Source: Octopus vulgaris
Taxonomy: Eukaryota
Assembly (NCBI GenBank): GCA_951406725.2
Contig: OX597816.1
Coordinates: 96,782,001 to 96,846,000, forward strand
DNA length: 64,000 bases
Direction of reading: 5' to 3'
Under the pieces are notes generated by a model. That model had not been told where the DNA came from. It saw only the letters and a list, made by a program, of their open reading frames with translations, and did no database searches. Positions 1 through 11,430 of the stretch are shown in pieces; the stretch's first letter is position 1; every line of letters starts with the position of its first letter. The position numbers and the translations under genes are program-made.

Positions 1-59
1 ATCATATGTAATAGATACAAACATCTTTTCTACACAGGAAACTTTTAACAAGTACACAC

Positions 60-302
60 ATACCAAACACCACAGAACAGGTCATTGAACTAATGAGGGA
101 ACCACAATGTGGGTCACTTGAACTGCAAGAAATAGCAGCCAAACTTCCCTAAAAAGCACATCCTATAGTCTTAAATAAGGACAGGAGATTAAATAATATA
201 GTCCTACACACCCATAAAAGGATAAAGATGAGCACAATGTGGATGCCTTTGACTACAGGTTTGTTTCATCATGATTGAAACTGAAGCAAAACCACAACAA
301 TA
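60..302 (+). mobile_element. Degenerate SINE-like repeat with (CAA)n-type tail; related copies near 1330-1510 (+), 8870-9000 (+), 59370-59570 (-)
   Basis: Shared motif tagcagccaaa..tccct.aaat.acac...tcttaaa...tagtccta...gcctttga.ca.ag among the copies. Confidence 0.5.
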
Positions 303-3300
303 ACATGGCTAGGACTCTTGAAGTGGTGGAATTTGAGCAGATAATAGATTAATGAAGCAATGTAAGTGAATAGGAGTTATGATGAAACTGTTAATGATCA
401 TTCCAGAAGCAAACTGAATCAGTGATTTTGTTGAGAGGTTTCATAATGTGTATAGTGTGGGAACCATATCTAAAGTTGTTCCTGCAATATTACTTCAAAA
501 CATGAATTAGTGAGATGGATTCAGATACAAAAGTGATGAAATAAATGTTTTTAAGTATTGTCATTTGTTTTGGTAATGCATCTAACTTGTTCCAGAACAT
601 CGTTAATTATGATAGAACTTTTGGTTTGATACATATAATTAACAGCCTTCATATATTTCAACATATATGTATGCACAAATGATTAACTTTAAAGAAAGAA
701 AAATTTGCAAAGTTTGGTGAATGAAAAATTATAAATTAGCAATTTAAAAAAATTATACAATTTCTCACTTGAGTTTGGCAGGCTGTTCAGTCAAATTCAA
801 AGATAGCAAGGTGGCAGAGGAGAAAAAAGACTGTTGATAAAAAGAGAAGTAATTTCTTCTAAATTTTTGAGAAGATCTATTTTTTCTACAAGAGAATAGT
901 CTGTTACATCTATTATAGAAGAAAAAGTAGAAGGTTCTTTGAACATTTTTTTAAAGAAATTACCTAGAGTGGATTACTGCAGCCTATTTTTCTGGACAGT
1001 CAAAAAGTTGTGCAACGCTTTCTCACTTTCTAAGAAAATAGTTCAAACCTGACTCAACATCCTCTAAGACATAGTGTTGCATTCTCACAATGTCTAAGTT
1101 CACATCGAAGACAAAAAATAACCCTTCTTCAGCTCTTTTGAAATACATATTCTTTTTGTTCTCTTTTTCAAAGTCAATGTAACACGGTACGTATTGGTTG
1201 ACAAAAAGATGAACTGAGGTAATGTAAAATATTATTTTTTACACAGAAAAGCAAAAAGAATCCTTTGCTGACACCTTAGCTTATTTACTTCTATATTATA
1301 ATCTCTGAGCCAAAGGACCTGTAAACATTTAGATGACCTATTTAAAATATTGTAACCAAATTTCCTCAAATTGCATTCAACCATCTTAAAACAGGGTAAG
1401 AATACATTACATTAGATTATTCAGTTCAGGGTACTTATAAGATGAAGGAATAGTCATACTGTTGACCATAAATCTTCTCAATCAGAGATGGAACTTGGAG
1501 TTAGAAAAAAAAAGCTTTTAAACTTGCAATCTAAGGACAAATAGTCTAATACCTTACCCATTCAACCATTTTGCAATTTTAACTTAAAACATATTATTAT
1601 TGTATGTCCATAATAGAGTGTTCATCACTCTTGTATACAGTTTAATATATTTGATATTTGGGTGCTTTCTCATTCTACTTCAGATAAAACTATTCAATCA
1701 CATAATCTTACACATCCAATAACTTATGCTAAATATATTTTTCTGTAAGTGTTATATTCAGTCTATGCACACTATCTATGGTTTTGTTACCAACAGAAAT
1801 AGCAGATCTCTCTATAAATATCATTCTTGTTTTAACACCAACTTATCCATGCTTGCCATAGGTCAAATGGAATTTGTTAAGGTAGATTTTCTTAGCCTGT
1901 ATGACATTCATATCACTAACACTCACCTATTTCTAAGTATGGTAATATTTCCCCATAGCCAGACATGTGTTCACAAAGACTGCAAATTATGGACATTGTT
2001 TGTATGACAGTGGTGGTTCTTTATAACTTTCATGTGATGTCAAGACAAGGAGACATAATCACACTAACACATGTGCATAACCACACACATATACATACAC
2101 ATACACACATGTATATACAAATTATATTATATTGTAGAAGACACTTGTCCAAAATGCCACACAGTGGGACTGAGCCTGAATCTATGTGGTTGAGAAACAA
2201 ACATTATGATCACATACATAATTTAACCTCCATTCACATGGAAAATATACAAAATACCTAATCAAAGAAATAAAAATATCTTTTTGCATCTCCTTTATAA
2301 GTATCTAATATTGTTGGTTTAGTAAATCAAACAACTTTATATATTTATAACAACAGCAACATCAACACCAACAGTGGCAGCAAGCATTTGCAATTTAAAT
2401 CAAAACAAATAAGATGTCTGAAATAAGTTCAAGATAACAATCATCACAGAGATTTGAAAGAGAAAAGTATACAAATCTCTACTCAAGCTAGACATATCTT
2501 TCAAGAATAAATGCAATTTAATTATATGGAAATTACAACAACCTGAGGAATAGTAGAAGATTTAAAATGAGATGAATAGATTTGCATCTATTTGGATAAA
2601 TATTATGAATTTTTGTATATTTTTAGGTAACATAAGGGGATAAAGAAAAGTATTAACAACTTTTCTTCCTGAAAGGTACTCCATACTTTAGCAAAAATTT
2701 ATCAAATTATTTGGCAATATACTTCTTAAACATTAAGATACAAAGATAATATCTAAGATATCATCATTGGAAACAATGGCATAACCATTATTGCTGTCTC
2801 CACCAACACCACCACCTCCCTACATGCATGAACATAATCATCATCACTTCAGTGTCTTGTTTCATGCTGGCAGGATCTGAATAAGATTGCCCTATATCAA
2901 CAGTAGTAGTATTGTTATCATTGTTGTTGTTATTATTATCGTCATCATCATTGCAAAAAGTTCTATTCTAACAAGTTCATTTAATGCACAGTATTTTCCT
3001 TATTAGCATAAAGTATATAGTATAAATGGAATGAGATATCAACAAAGTAACTTAGTTATTTTTCTATGAAGAAAGTAAGAATTTACAATACTTATTTGTC
3101 TAGCAAACTATCTGAGAAAATTAACTCTGACACTAGCCTCTATACTTGAGATTTGATCCTTTCACTTCTTTCTCTTCAGTTTCCCTCTTTGTAAGTACTT
3201 ACCACTAACATCACACATTATTCTTTTTTTCCAGCATGCAGGGAGGACATTTGTCTGGAGAAAATTTGCCTCAACAAATTCTGTCCAACACATGCAAGCA

Positions 3301-3781
3301 TGGAAAAGCAAACATTAAAATGATGATGATGATGATGCACTAACCATTCACATCCCAAATCATACCTGGGCTGTTATAATTCCTATATATATTTCATGAC
3401 ATATTCAACATTAAACCACTGACTCAGCTTTTCTTTCATGAATATTAGCTTTTCATATCCAATGAATGACAGCAAAAGTTCTTCTCCATGTTGGCACATG
3501 CAGATGCATGTCTATGTGCATTTGCTTGAGTGTGAGTGTGCATACACACGCATACATATATATAATATATATGATATATATATGCATATAAATATGAGCT
3601 GCAGCAAAATTTTTTTATCAGTGAACAAGTTGCAGTTTCTAGCAATAAAAATGTTGACAGAATATTACAAATAAACGTTTAAGTGAAGTTGACAGTATGT
3701 TTTTGAATGGCTAACTTCTATCTTCCACACTGCAATTGCTAAATATATATCTTTATACACAATAAATACATACATATATAT

Positions 3782-3891
3782 ATTATACTGAACTAGCAAA
3801 GTGCCTCAATTTAAGTACCTAACTCAACTGAATCTTAATTATATATATATATATATACACATATATATACATATATATATTATGCATATAT

Positions 3892-3949
<58 letters not shown>

Positions 3950-4737
3950 ATACACACATAATTAAGATTCAGTTGAATTAGGTACTTAAATTGAAGCACT
4001 TTGCTAGTTCGGTATAATCTGCACACCCCAACAATATTATCTGAATATTAAACATAAAGACTCCATGTTGGGGTATTTGTTCCCAATACTCCTGTTGTTT
4101 GTGCAGACAAAGCAACACAACTAAGTGAAAATATCCACTCTTGGTAATTCAGACATGTACTTTTTATAAAAGTACTTTCTATAGTATTTCCAAAGAACAG
4201 ATTCCACGTTAGATGAACAGAATATAAATAAGCAACAAAGACATACAGGTGTCAATTCAAGTGGCTCTATATAATTGATTAATGAAAGCATTACATCAAT
4301 TTGATTGAAGCTGTTCTCATCAGATGACCACATAGACTTCAAAAATAAAGGATAAACCATTTTTTAAACAAATTTACATCAATAATGGAAGCCAAAATAT
4401 ATACATTGTTTCCTTTTGTTATATCTTTGGCAGAATGAGTTTAAAAAATAATGCATACCTTGTAAAGCCTATTATAATTTAGAGAGTAGCAAAGGAAATA
4501 GTGGGTGTCAAAATAAAAGGAGTGGTGACATAGGTACTTATATTTAGAAGGCTTAATGAAGTATGTAGTCTTCGTAATTACTTATATTTAGAAGATTTTA
4601 TGTAATATGTAGTCTTCAACTATTTGGAATTAAATCCATTAGAATACAGTTGACAACTTCCAATGGATTTAATTAGTTGAAAACTACATACTACATAAAG
4701 ACTTCTGAATATAAGCAACTACGTCACCATAGCTTAC
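3782..4737 (-). mobile_element. Penelope-like element 3' UTR/pLTR (family A) ending in (TA)n, with a short inverted terminal copy
   Basis: Terminus aagtacctaattcaactgaatcttaat(TA)n is shared with 27955-28900 and 6930-6980. Hammerhead CTGATGA on the minus strand near 4323. 59-bp inverted copy at 3782-3840. Confidence 0.6.
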
Positions 4738-5968
4738 ACTGCAGACTTAAGACCTCTTTAAAATATGGAGGGGGAAACGCCTCTCTATTATCTCCCTTTG
4801 CCATTGGTCATCAAGCTTTGGCTGTGCCACCACCAGCAGCGGCACTGCCATCAACACCAGTCTTACTAATAGCTTCCCCAACATCCACGATGCCAGGTCT
4901 GTTAGCCACTATAGTAGTAGTAGCAGAAGCAGCAGGTCCAGTTCCCTTATTGGCTATAACAGCAACAACAACAGTAGCAGCATTATTAACAGCAACAGCA
5001 CCTCCTACATTACTGGCAGTGGCAACAACACTACCATCGCTACCACCACCACCACCGCAAGCAACTCCAGCTCCAACAACACCAGCAGTCCTAACCCCAT
5101 TAACACTGGCAGCAGTGCCAGCAGCAGTGACAACAACAGCAATGCCAGCACCAGCAACAACAACAATGACTGCAGCACAGGAAACACATGTAGGGATAAA
5201 AATATTACTGACACCACCACCACCTCCAGTGACGCCAACACCAACAACAACAGCCCCAACTCCATCAGTGACAGCACTACCTGTGGCATCAGCAACACTG
5301 ACAGTAGCAACAGCACCAACAATAGCAGCACCTACAACAACAGGTGAACCAATATCACACACTCATAGAAACATGTGAATGCACACGGAATCCTCTCAAA
5401 CAGCGTCTTTCCAATCATTTGTCCTCCTTCAGAGTCCTGGAAAGGAGATATGTAACATCACTGGTCAGACATATCTGGCAACTAAGAGACAAAGGGATAC
5501 CATATTCAATCACATCAAAAGTACTTGAGAACCTAGGCCCCTACATCAAAGGGACAAAACATTGCAAGTTATGCATTGCTAAATGCACAAAAATCCTAAA
5601 AGACTTGATCGTGCCAGGGAGAATCTTGAACTCCAAGACAGAGATTTTCAGGCAATGCTTGCATTTTAGAAGATACCCGCTGGCATTTTGGAATTCGCAA
5701 GGTGACGCTACAGCCGGAAGCCAATAACCAAAGTCAAAGGGAGACAATCGTTTATCTTCATGGTTCTTTGGTGACCACAAAGTAACAGTGTGACCAAAGC
5801 TCGATGACCAATAGCAAAAGGAGATAATCACTTAGTGTTTACTTTTATAGAGAGTCATTTCCCCCTCCATATTTTGAAGAAGTCTTAAGCTAGCAGTATT
5901 TGAAGATACGCCATAAGACTAAACCCCTTATGAGCAAGAAACCCAGGGTAACCCCATAAACCGGCCCC
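4738..5968 (+). mobile_element. 5'-truncated Naiad-type Penelope-like element (GIY-YIG C-terminal half) with inverted pLTR
   Basis: ORF 5344-5727: CTRNPLKQRLSNHLSSFR...TSLVRHIWQLRDKG...CKLC...LNSKTEIFRQCLH, i.e. YIG region, catalytic Arg, CxLC and LNxxxE..CxH. 4738-4822 is an inverted copy of 5793-5898. Degenerate hammerhead at 5900-5950. Confidence 0.85.
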
Positions 5969-6108
5969 CATTCATGATCATCATCATTCAACGTCTGTTT
6001 ACTATGCTGGCAATGGGCTGGATGGTTTGACAGGGGATTGGCAAACCAGGAGGCCACACCACACTCCAATCTGATCTGACAAAGTTTCTACATGTATATA
6101 TATATATA

Positions 6109-6286
6109 TAGGGAGAGTTTACGAAAAAAACAAAAGACGAAAGCAGGTGGTGTACAAAACAAACAGATGTATTAGTATAACGCTCAGGAATAGAAAAAGT
6201 CTTAAGTTTTGAGCCTACACTCTTCTACAGAAAGGGACACAGAAAAAACAAGGAGAGAAAAAAATGTGTGTAGTGGCTAACGATCT
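6109..6286 (-). mobile_element. About 180-bp PLE-pLTR-like element inserted in (TA)n; second copy at 18495-18687
   Basis: Two homologous copies, both flanked by TA repeats, both with a hammerhead-like motif on the minus strand. Confidence 0.7.
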
Positions 6287-6293
6287 ATATATA

Positions 6294-6980
6294 TATAATC
6301 AAAATAAGCAACAAGGATATCCAAGGTAGTGTAGTACAATCGTTTCATGCTTCTTCAGTTTATTAAACACTGAGCATTAGTAGTCTCTATTCTCCCTACC
6401 CCAATAATTTCAGCCTACTAACTTTTGCTATAATACTTTCAAATATGCTTAAGTTAAATTCCTCAGAATGAGGATGGATTTATGGCTTTGACATTTGCAC
6501 TACCCCTTCCTCTATCTATAAATAGAAAAAATTCTTGTTTGTCTCCATTGAACCAAGAATAGAAACCCCTTCCCCACTGATAGATCTAAATAACAAAGTG
6601 AACTAAGTGATAAAAAAATCTACAGATGGAGAAGGACATACTACCAACATGTTCTTAATGAAATTAACCTCTCTGTCTATATATCTACCCTCTTTGTAAT
6701 GTTGGCAAATGAAATAAGTATAAAAATGTGCATTGTCCGTTTAATTGAAAAATTCTATATGCGGCTTGAGATTGCTCAACATTTTAAAACTGATGTAATA
6801 CTTACAGTGTTTAATAAAATGAAGTAGCATGAAATGATTGTACTACACTGCCTTGGATATCCTTGTTGCTTATTTTGATTATAATCACCCATTTGATTTA
6901 TATGGATAATACCATACCAAATTCTGGTTCCTTTAGCTTAAGTACCATATTCATCTGAATCTAAATTTTGCTGAACTTAT
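6294..6980. mobile_element. Family-A-related PLE terminal fragment with 79-bp inverted arms (6294-6372 / 6805-6883), bounded by (TA)n
   Basis: Arms differ at 4 positions. aaataagcaacaagga motif and aagtacc...ctgaatctaaatt terminus are shared with family A. Confidence 0.6.
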
Positions 6981-7162
6981 ATATATATATATAGTTGAAC
7001 CTAGTTTTATCATGACTGAGCTTCCTACTCTTTGGACTTGCACATCTAAACCACTTCCCAAACTTTCAGGAACTCTCCTCATCCACATGCCAGCATTCCA
7101 TTGGGATTACCGCTGGATCTACTGACTCTATCTTCACGGATTTCACTGGACTTTTTTTGTTG

Positions 7163-7197
<35 letters not shown>

Positions 7198-7805
7198 TAC
7201 ATGCATGGAAGATGGATGTTAGACAATGATGATGATGATATATATATATATATATATCACAAAATGTAAACCCCTTTTAAATGTGTCCACCACAAATGAC
7301 ACTATTACAAGGACCTTAGAATAATACCTATGCAAATATTAAAAATGATATATTCAGAACAGTCACTAGCCATGAATTTATTCAGAACAATTCTAATCAT
7401 TACTATTATAACCACAATGGGTTACTTTTAGGTAACTTGACCATTTAAGAGGATTCCACCAATACCCTACTACTGTCATACCACTCATGAGTTTTTTAAA
7501 ATCTTTCTCTTCTTCTCCTTCACTGCCACCTCCTTCCTCAACTACTACTGCTGCTTAAACAATCAAAAACAAGAATTCATATCAAACTACTACTACCTGC
7601 TGCCTACTACCCAGAGTTCACATGAGTTAAAAAGAGAGAGACAGACAGTCAGAAAAAAGGAAAATGTCCCTTGCATTTGAAAAGTATTGGAAATATTTTC
7701 ATTTAATTTTTCCACAATTTAATTGTTTTTCATGCTTTACTCTAAGCTGAAAAAGTCGCAAAGACTGAAGCCAGTACTAAAATGTTCTTCATGATAGCAT
7801 TTTCT

Positions 7806-7807
7806 AC

Positions 7808-7838
<31 letters not shown>

Positions 7839-8098
7839 TATATGTACATATATATATGTACATATATATATACATATATATATACATATATATATATATA
7901 CATATATATATATACATATATATATATACATATATATATATACATATATATATATATAGATAGATAGATAATAACAGATAGATAGATATAGATAAATACA
8001 CACACATATATAGATATATATAAACACACATATGCATACATATACACACACACATGCATGCATGCACACACACACATGCACACACACACACACACAGA
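7806..8098. repeat. Compound microsatellite (TA)/(TACA)/(TAGA)/(CA)
   Basis: Direct inspection; explains the YI/VC-rich spurious ORFs. Confidence 0.98.
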
Positions 8099-10601
8099 GA
8101 TCTGGATGGGGTATCACAGTCTGAATCAGATATTCCTTAAAATTTTAGCTTTCCTAGATGGGTTGACAGCTCTGGTCTTGCTTGTATGTTCTGTTTTAGC
8201 AACCCCATCAACATATATTCGAGCTTCACTCTCTTTTTTTCACTTTCATCCATATTCTGCAATCCTCCTGTCTTTTGTTGATGCTGCTACCCTTGACAAG
8301 TAGAGACCACATAAAACAACAAATCTTGTGCTCCTTGAGAGTTTCAAAACAACTTCACTAATGGTGGTACTTTTATAAAATGCACCCATATGCTCTATAA
8401 AGTAGTTCACATATAAGTGGAGATAATGCAATGTTGAGTGAATCCTTCAAATTTGTTTTGTCAAGGACATGTGAATTTCCTTAGCGCTGGTAACTGGATA
8501 AATTGCATCAAGTATATATACTTAAACTAAGAAATAAAGTAAAAAAACAGAACATACTAGCCACAAATGCATGCACACATGCATGTGTGCACACACACAC
8601 ACACTTTAACTCTTAATGCCAGTTCACTTTGCATCCACATTTCTAAGGTTGATACCAATGCATAGCAACTTTGGCTAGTATTATTGTCCCATGTTGACCA
8701 AAGATTTGAAAGGAAAAAAAGAATACATAGATGAAAAGTGCATGAAAATTTTGGTGGTGGACCTAATCTGTTCCTCAGTTTAACAGCACTACATAGTCCT
8801 TGGATGACTTTAGTGAACCAAGTCCCCAATCTAAGGGTAACTAAAACTTAATGTGCTGCTTTCTACAGCAGCAATCCATTAGTGATTGAGCTAATTAGAG
8901 ATTTTCTGTATAATTGTTTAGCATGCTAGACTTAGTAGCCAAATCTCCTTCAAATTACACTCAACCAGTGGAAAAAAGAAACAAATTGGATATAAAGCCT
9001 ACAAGAGTGGAGTTCAGGTGATACATTGGTTGACAGCCTAAAGAGCCAAAAAGGAAACCATGACTATTTACTGAGCCTCCTCTATCATCATCATCATTTA
9101 ACGTCTACCTTCCACACTGATATGGATTGGATGGTTTGACAAGAGTTGGTCAGGCAGGAGCCTGCACCAGTTTGTGTCTGTTTTGGCAGGGATTTTATGA
9201 CTGAATGCCCTTCCTAAAACCAACCACCTGACAACCTCTTTGAATTTAAAGAGACTCCTCCTTCTTGGGTCCAAATGTAATTTTGTTCACCTTACCAAAT
9301 TTTATGAGTGGTCCTAATTGTTTAGAATCTATTACATAGACAACAAGAGATAGCTCTAACTTAGAATATTTTTATAGATACCGACTTTTCCTGTTATAAC
9401 TGTATAATTTTTATTTATAAAGCAATCTACAAACAACCCAATCTATGACAAAATAAAGCAAAACAAGTGTATCAACTTCATTCAACTTTCTAGGTGATAT
9501 ATTATCCAATATTTTTACCCAACAAACAAACAAGACATAAATCTTGAAATATTTGGACAATATGTTTTATCATTATCATTGTTGTTGTTGTTATTATTAT
9601 TATTATTTATATTACACATTGACAATAGTTAAGGGAATAATGCCAAAACTAGTTCTCCTTTGGAATTAATTATTGTGTTGATTTACCATAATATTCCTTT
9701 GTAAAGAAATCAGTTTATAAACAGGCAATATGAACGAGAAACATTTCTACAAAACAAAACTAGAAAATTGTAAAATAGGGTCCAAAATGGAAATAATTGA
9801 TCACTTGAGAGCAATTGCTTTTACACAGTTTAATAAGAAAAAATATTCTATAATGGCTACATAAATATTGGCTATTAAAGGACTCTGGAGGAGAAGTTAA
9901 AAATTTACAATGTAAATTATTTCCTTTGATTTGTATTTTATGAAACAATACTTAGATATTTTACTTAAAGCAAGGAGAGAAATACACATACGCGTGCGTG
10001 CGCATGCATGTGTGCACACATTCACATATGTGTGTGTGCACACGTGTGTGCATGCATGTGCGCATATTTGTTTCAAATTCACTTTTCTAAATTAACATGA
10101 GTTTGGTTATGTTTGCAGACCTTTGATATTTGCAAATGAATTGCTGATTGCTGGAATTGCTTGCACAAGAGTTTACATTATTCTTTAAAACCACTGTAAC
10201 TTTCCTGTTTCTGATAATTCAGTCATAAAGTGGGAGTGGTATCTATGTTCAGCCACAGAACATGAGACAAGCAACAGAGTATGCCAAGCAACAAAAGCCC
10301 TTAAGAAGTGTTTATGATTATAAGGTTATTTATCCCATCATTCTATTTCTTTCTTGCATATATCCATACATATTGTATTAGCACATGCTAAAATAACTGT
10401 AGATAAGGAATATAATCAATTGAATTAGTCCTTGTATACAACTGGTATTTATTTTACCTGCCTCTGAAGGATAAAAGGCAAAGTCAACTGTATTGGGATC
10501 TGAACACAAAGCATGTAGAAAGGAAATGAAAAATTGGGACACTTTGTAGTGTTCAATCATTTCTGCCTCTCTATCACTCATCATTATCATCAACATTTTA
10601 A

Positions 10602-10805
10602 CCCTTTTGTTACTATAGCTCTGTTGAAATACACTGCTTTTGTTTTAGTGAAGTTTGAAAATAATAAAAAAATCTGTAAAATAACCTTATCATTATGACA
10701 TTGGTGATTGGAACATAGATTAACATAAAATTTTGATGGGGGATTTAAAATTTTATCACTTTAAAAAACAGGAAGTTTGAATCATAAAATCAGTTATCAA
10801 AAGGG
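10602..10805. mobile_element. piggyBac-type MITE, 204 bp
   Basis: TTAA|CCCTTTTGTTA...TATCAAAAGGG|TTAA: CCC/GGG termini with TTAA duplication. Confidence 0.8.
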
Positions 10806-11030
10806 TTAATGCAAATTTTCCCATGTTGTTAAAGATTCAACATGTTATCTGTAGGACAGACAGTTATTTAAATTGTTACTTTTCATCAACGACACCCACC
10901 ATCCTAAAACTTTACTTCTTTACATGACCTCACTCAAATGTTAACTAATTTTGTTGTATAAGAGAAAGGTCTTTATGCCAACAATAAACACACACTGGTT
11001 CGATTTCACTTCTTTTATTATTATTAGTCA

Positions 11031-11430
11031 GGCGCAGGAGTGGCTGCGTGGTAAGTAGCTTGTTTACCAACCACATGGTTCCGGGTTCAGTCCCACTGCA
11101 TGGCACCTTGGGCAAGTGTCTTTTACTATAGCCTCGGGCCGACCAAAGCCTTGTGAGTGGATTTGGTAGACGGAAACTGAAAGAAGCCCGTCGTATATAT
11201 GTATATATATATATATGTGTGTTTGTGTGTCTGTGTTTGTCCCCCTAGCATTGCTTGACAACCGATGCTGGTGTGTTTATGTCCCTGTTACTTAGTGGTT
11301 CGCCAAAAGAGACCGATAGAATAAGTACTGGGCTTACAAAACAATAAGTCCCGGGGTCGAGTTGCTCGATTAAAGGTGGTGCTCCAGCACGGCCACAGTC
11401 AAATGACTGAAACAAGTAAAAGAGTAAAGA
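11031..11430 (+). mobile_element. Full-length tRNA-derived SINE (family 1) with internal (TA)/(TG) tract
   Basis: Box A-like tggctgcgtggt, box B-like ggttcagtccc, tail gactgaaacaagtaaaagagtaaaga. Homologues at 18704-19099, 22441-23348, and partial copies near 2130-2215, 13468-13610, 54101-54255. Confidence 0.9.

Noticed and set aside
1927-1979. Mini-exon LCEHMSGYGEILPYLEI resembling M1AP GLCESLTYGLP
   Set aside because: Too short and weak, and the intervening expected exons are missing.
4811-5362. 183-aa Gly/Val/Ala-rich minus-strand ORF and overlapping Leu/Val ORF resembling silk or membrane proteins
   Set aside because: Antisense shadows of the ACA/CCA/GCA-rich PLE insert; no independent gene signals.
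7737-8117. YI/VC-repeat ORFs
   Set aside because: Translations of dinucleotide microsatellites.
11031-11110. tRNA gene
   Set aside because: It is the tRNA-derived head of a multi-copy SINE, without a full cloverleaf.
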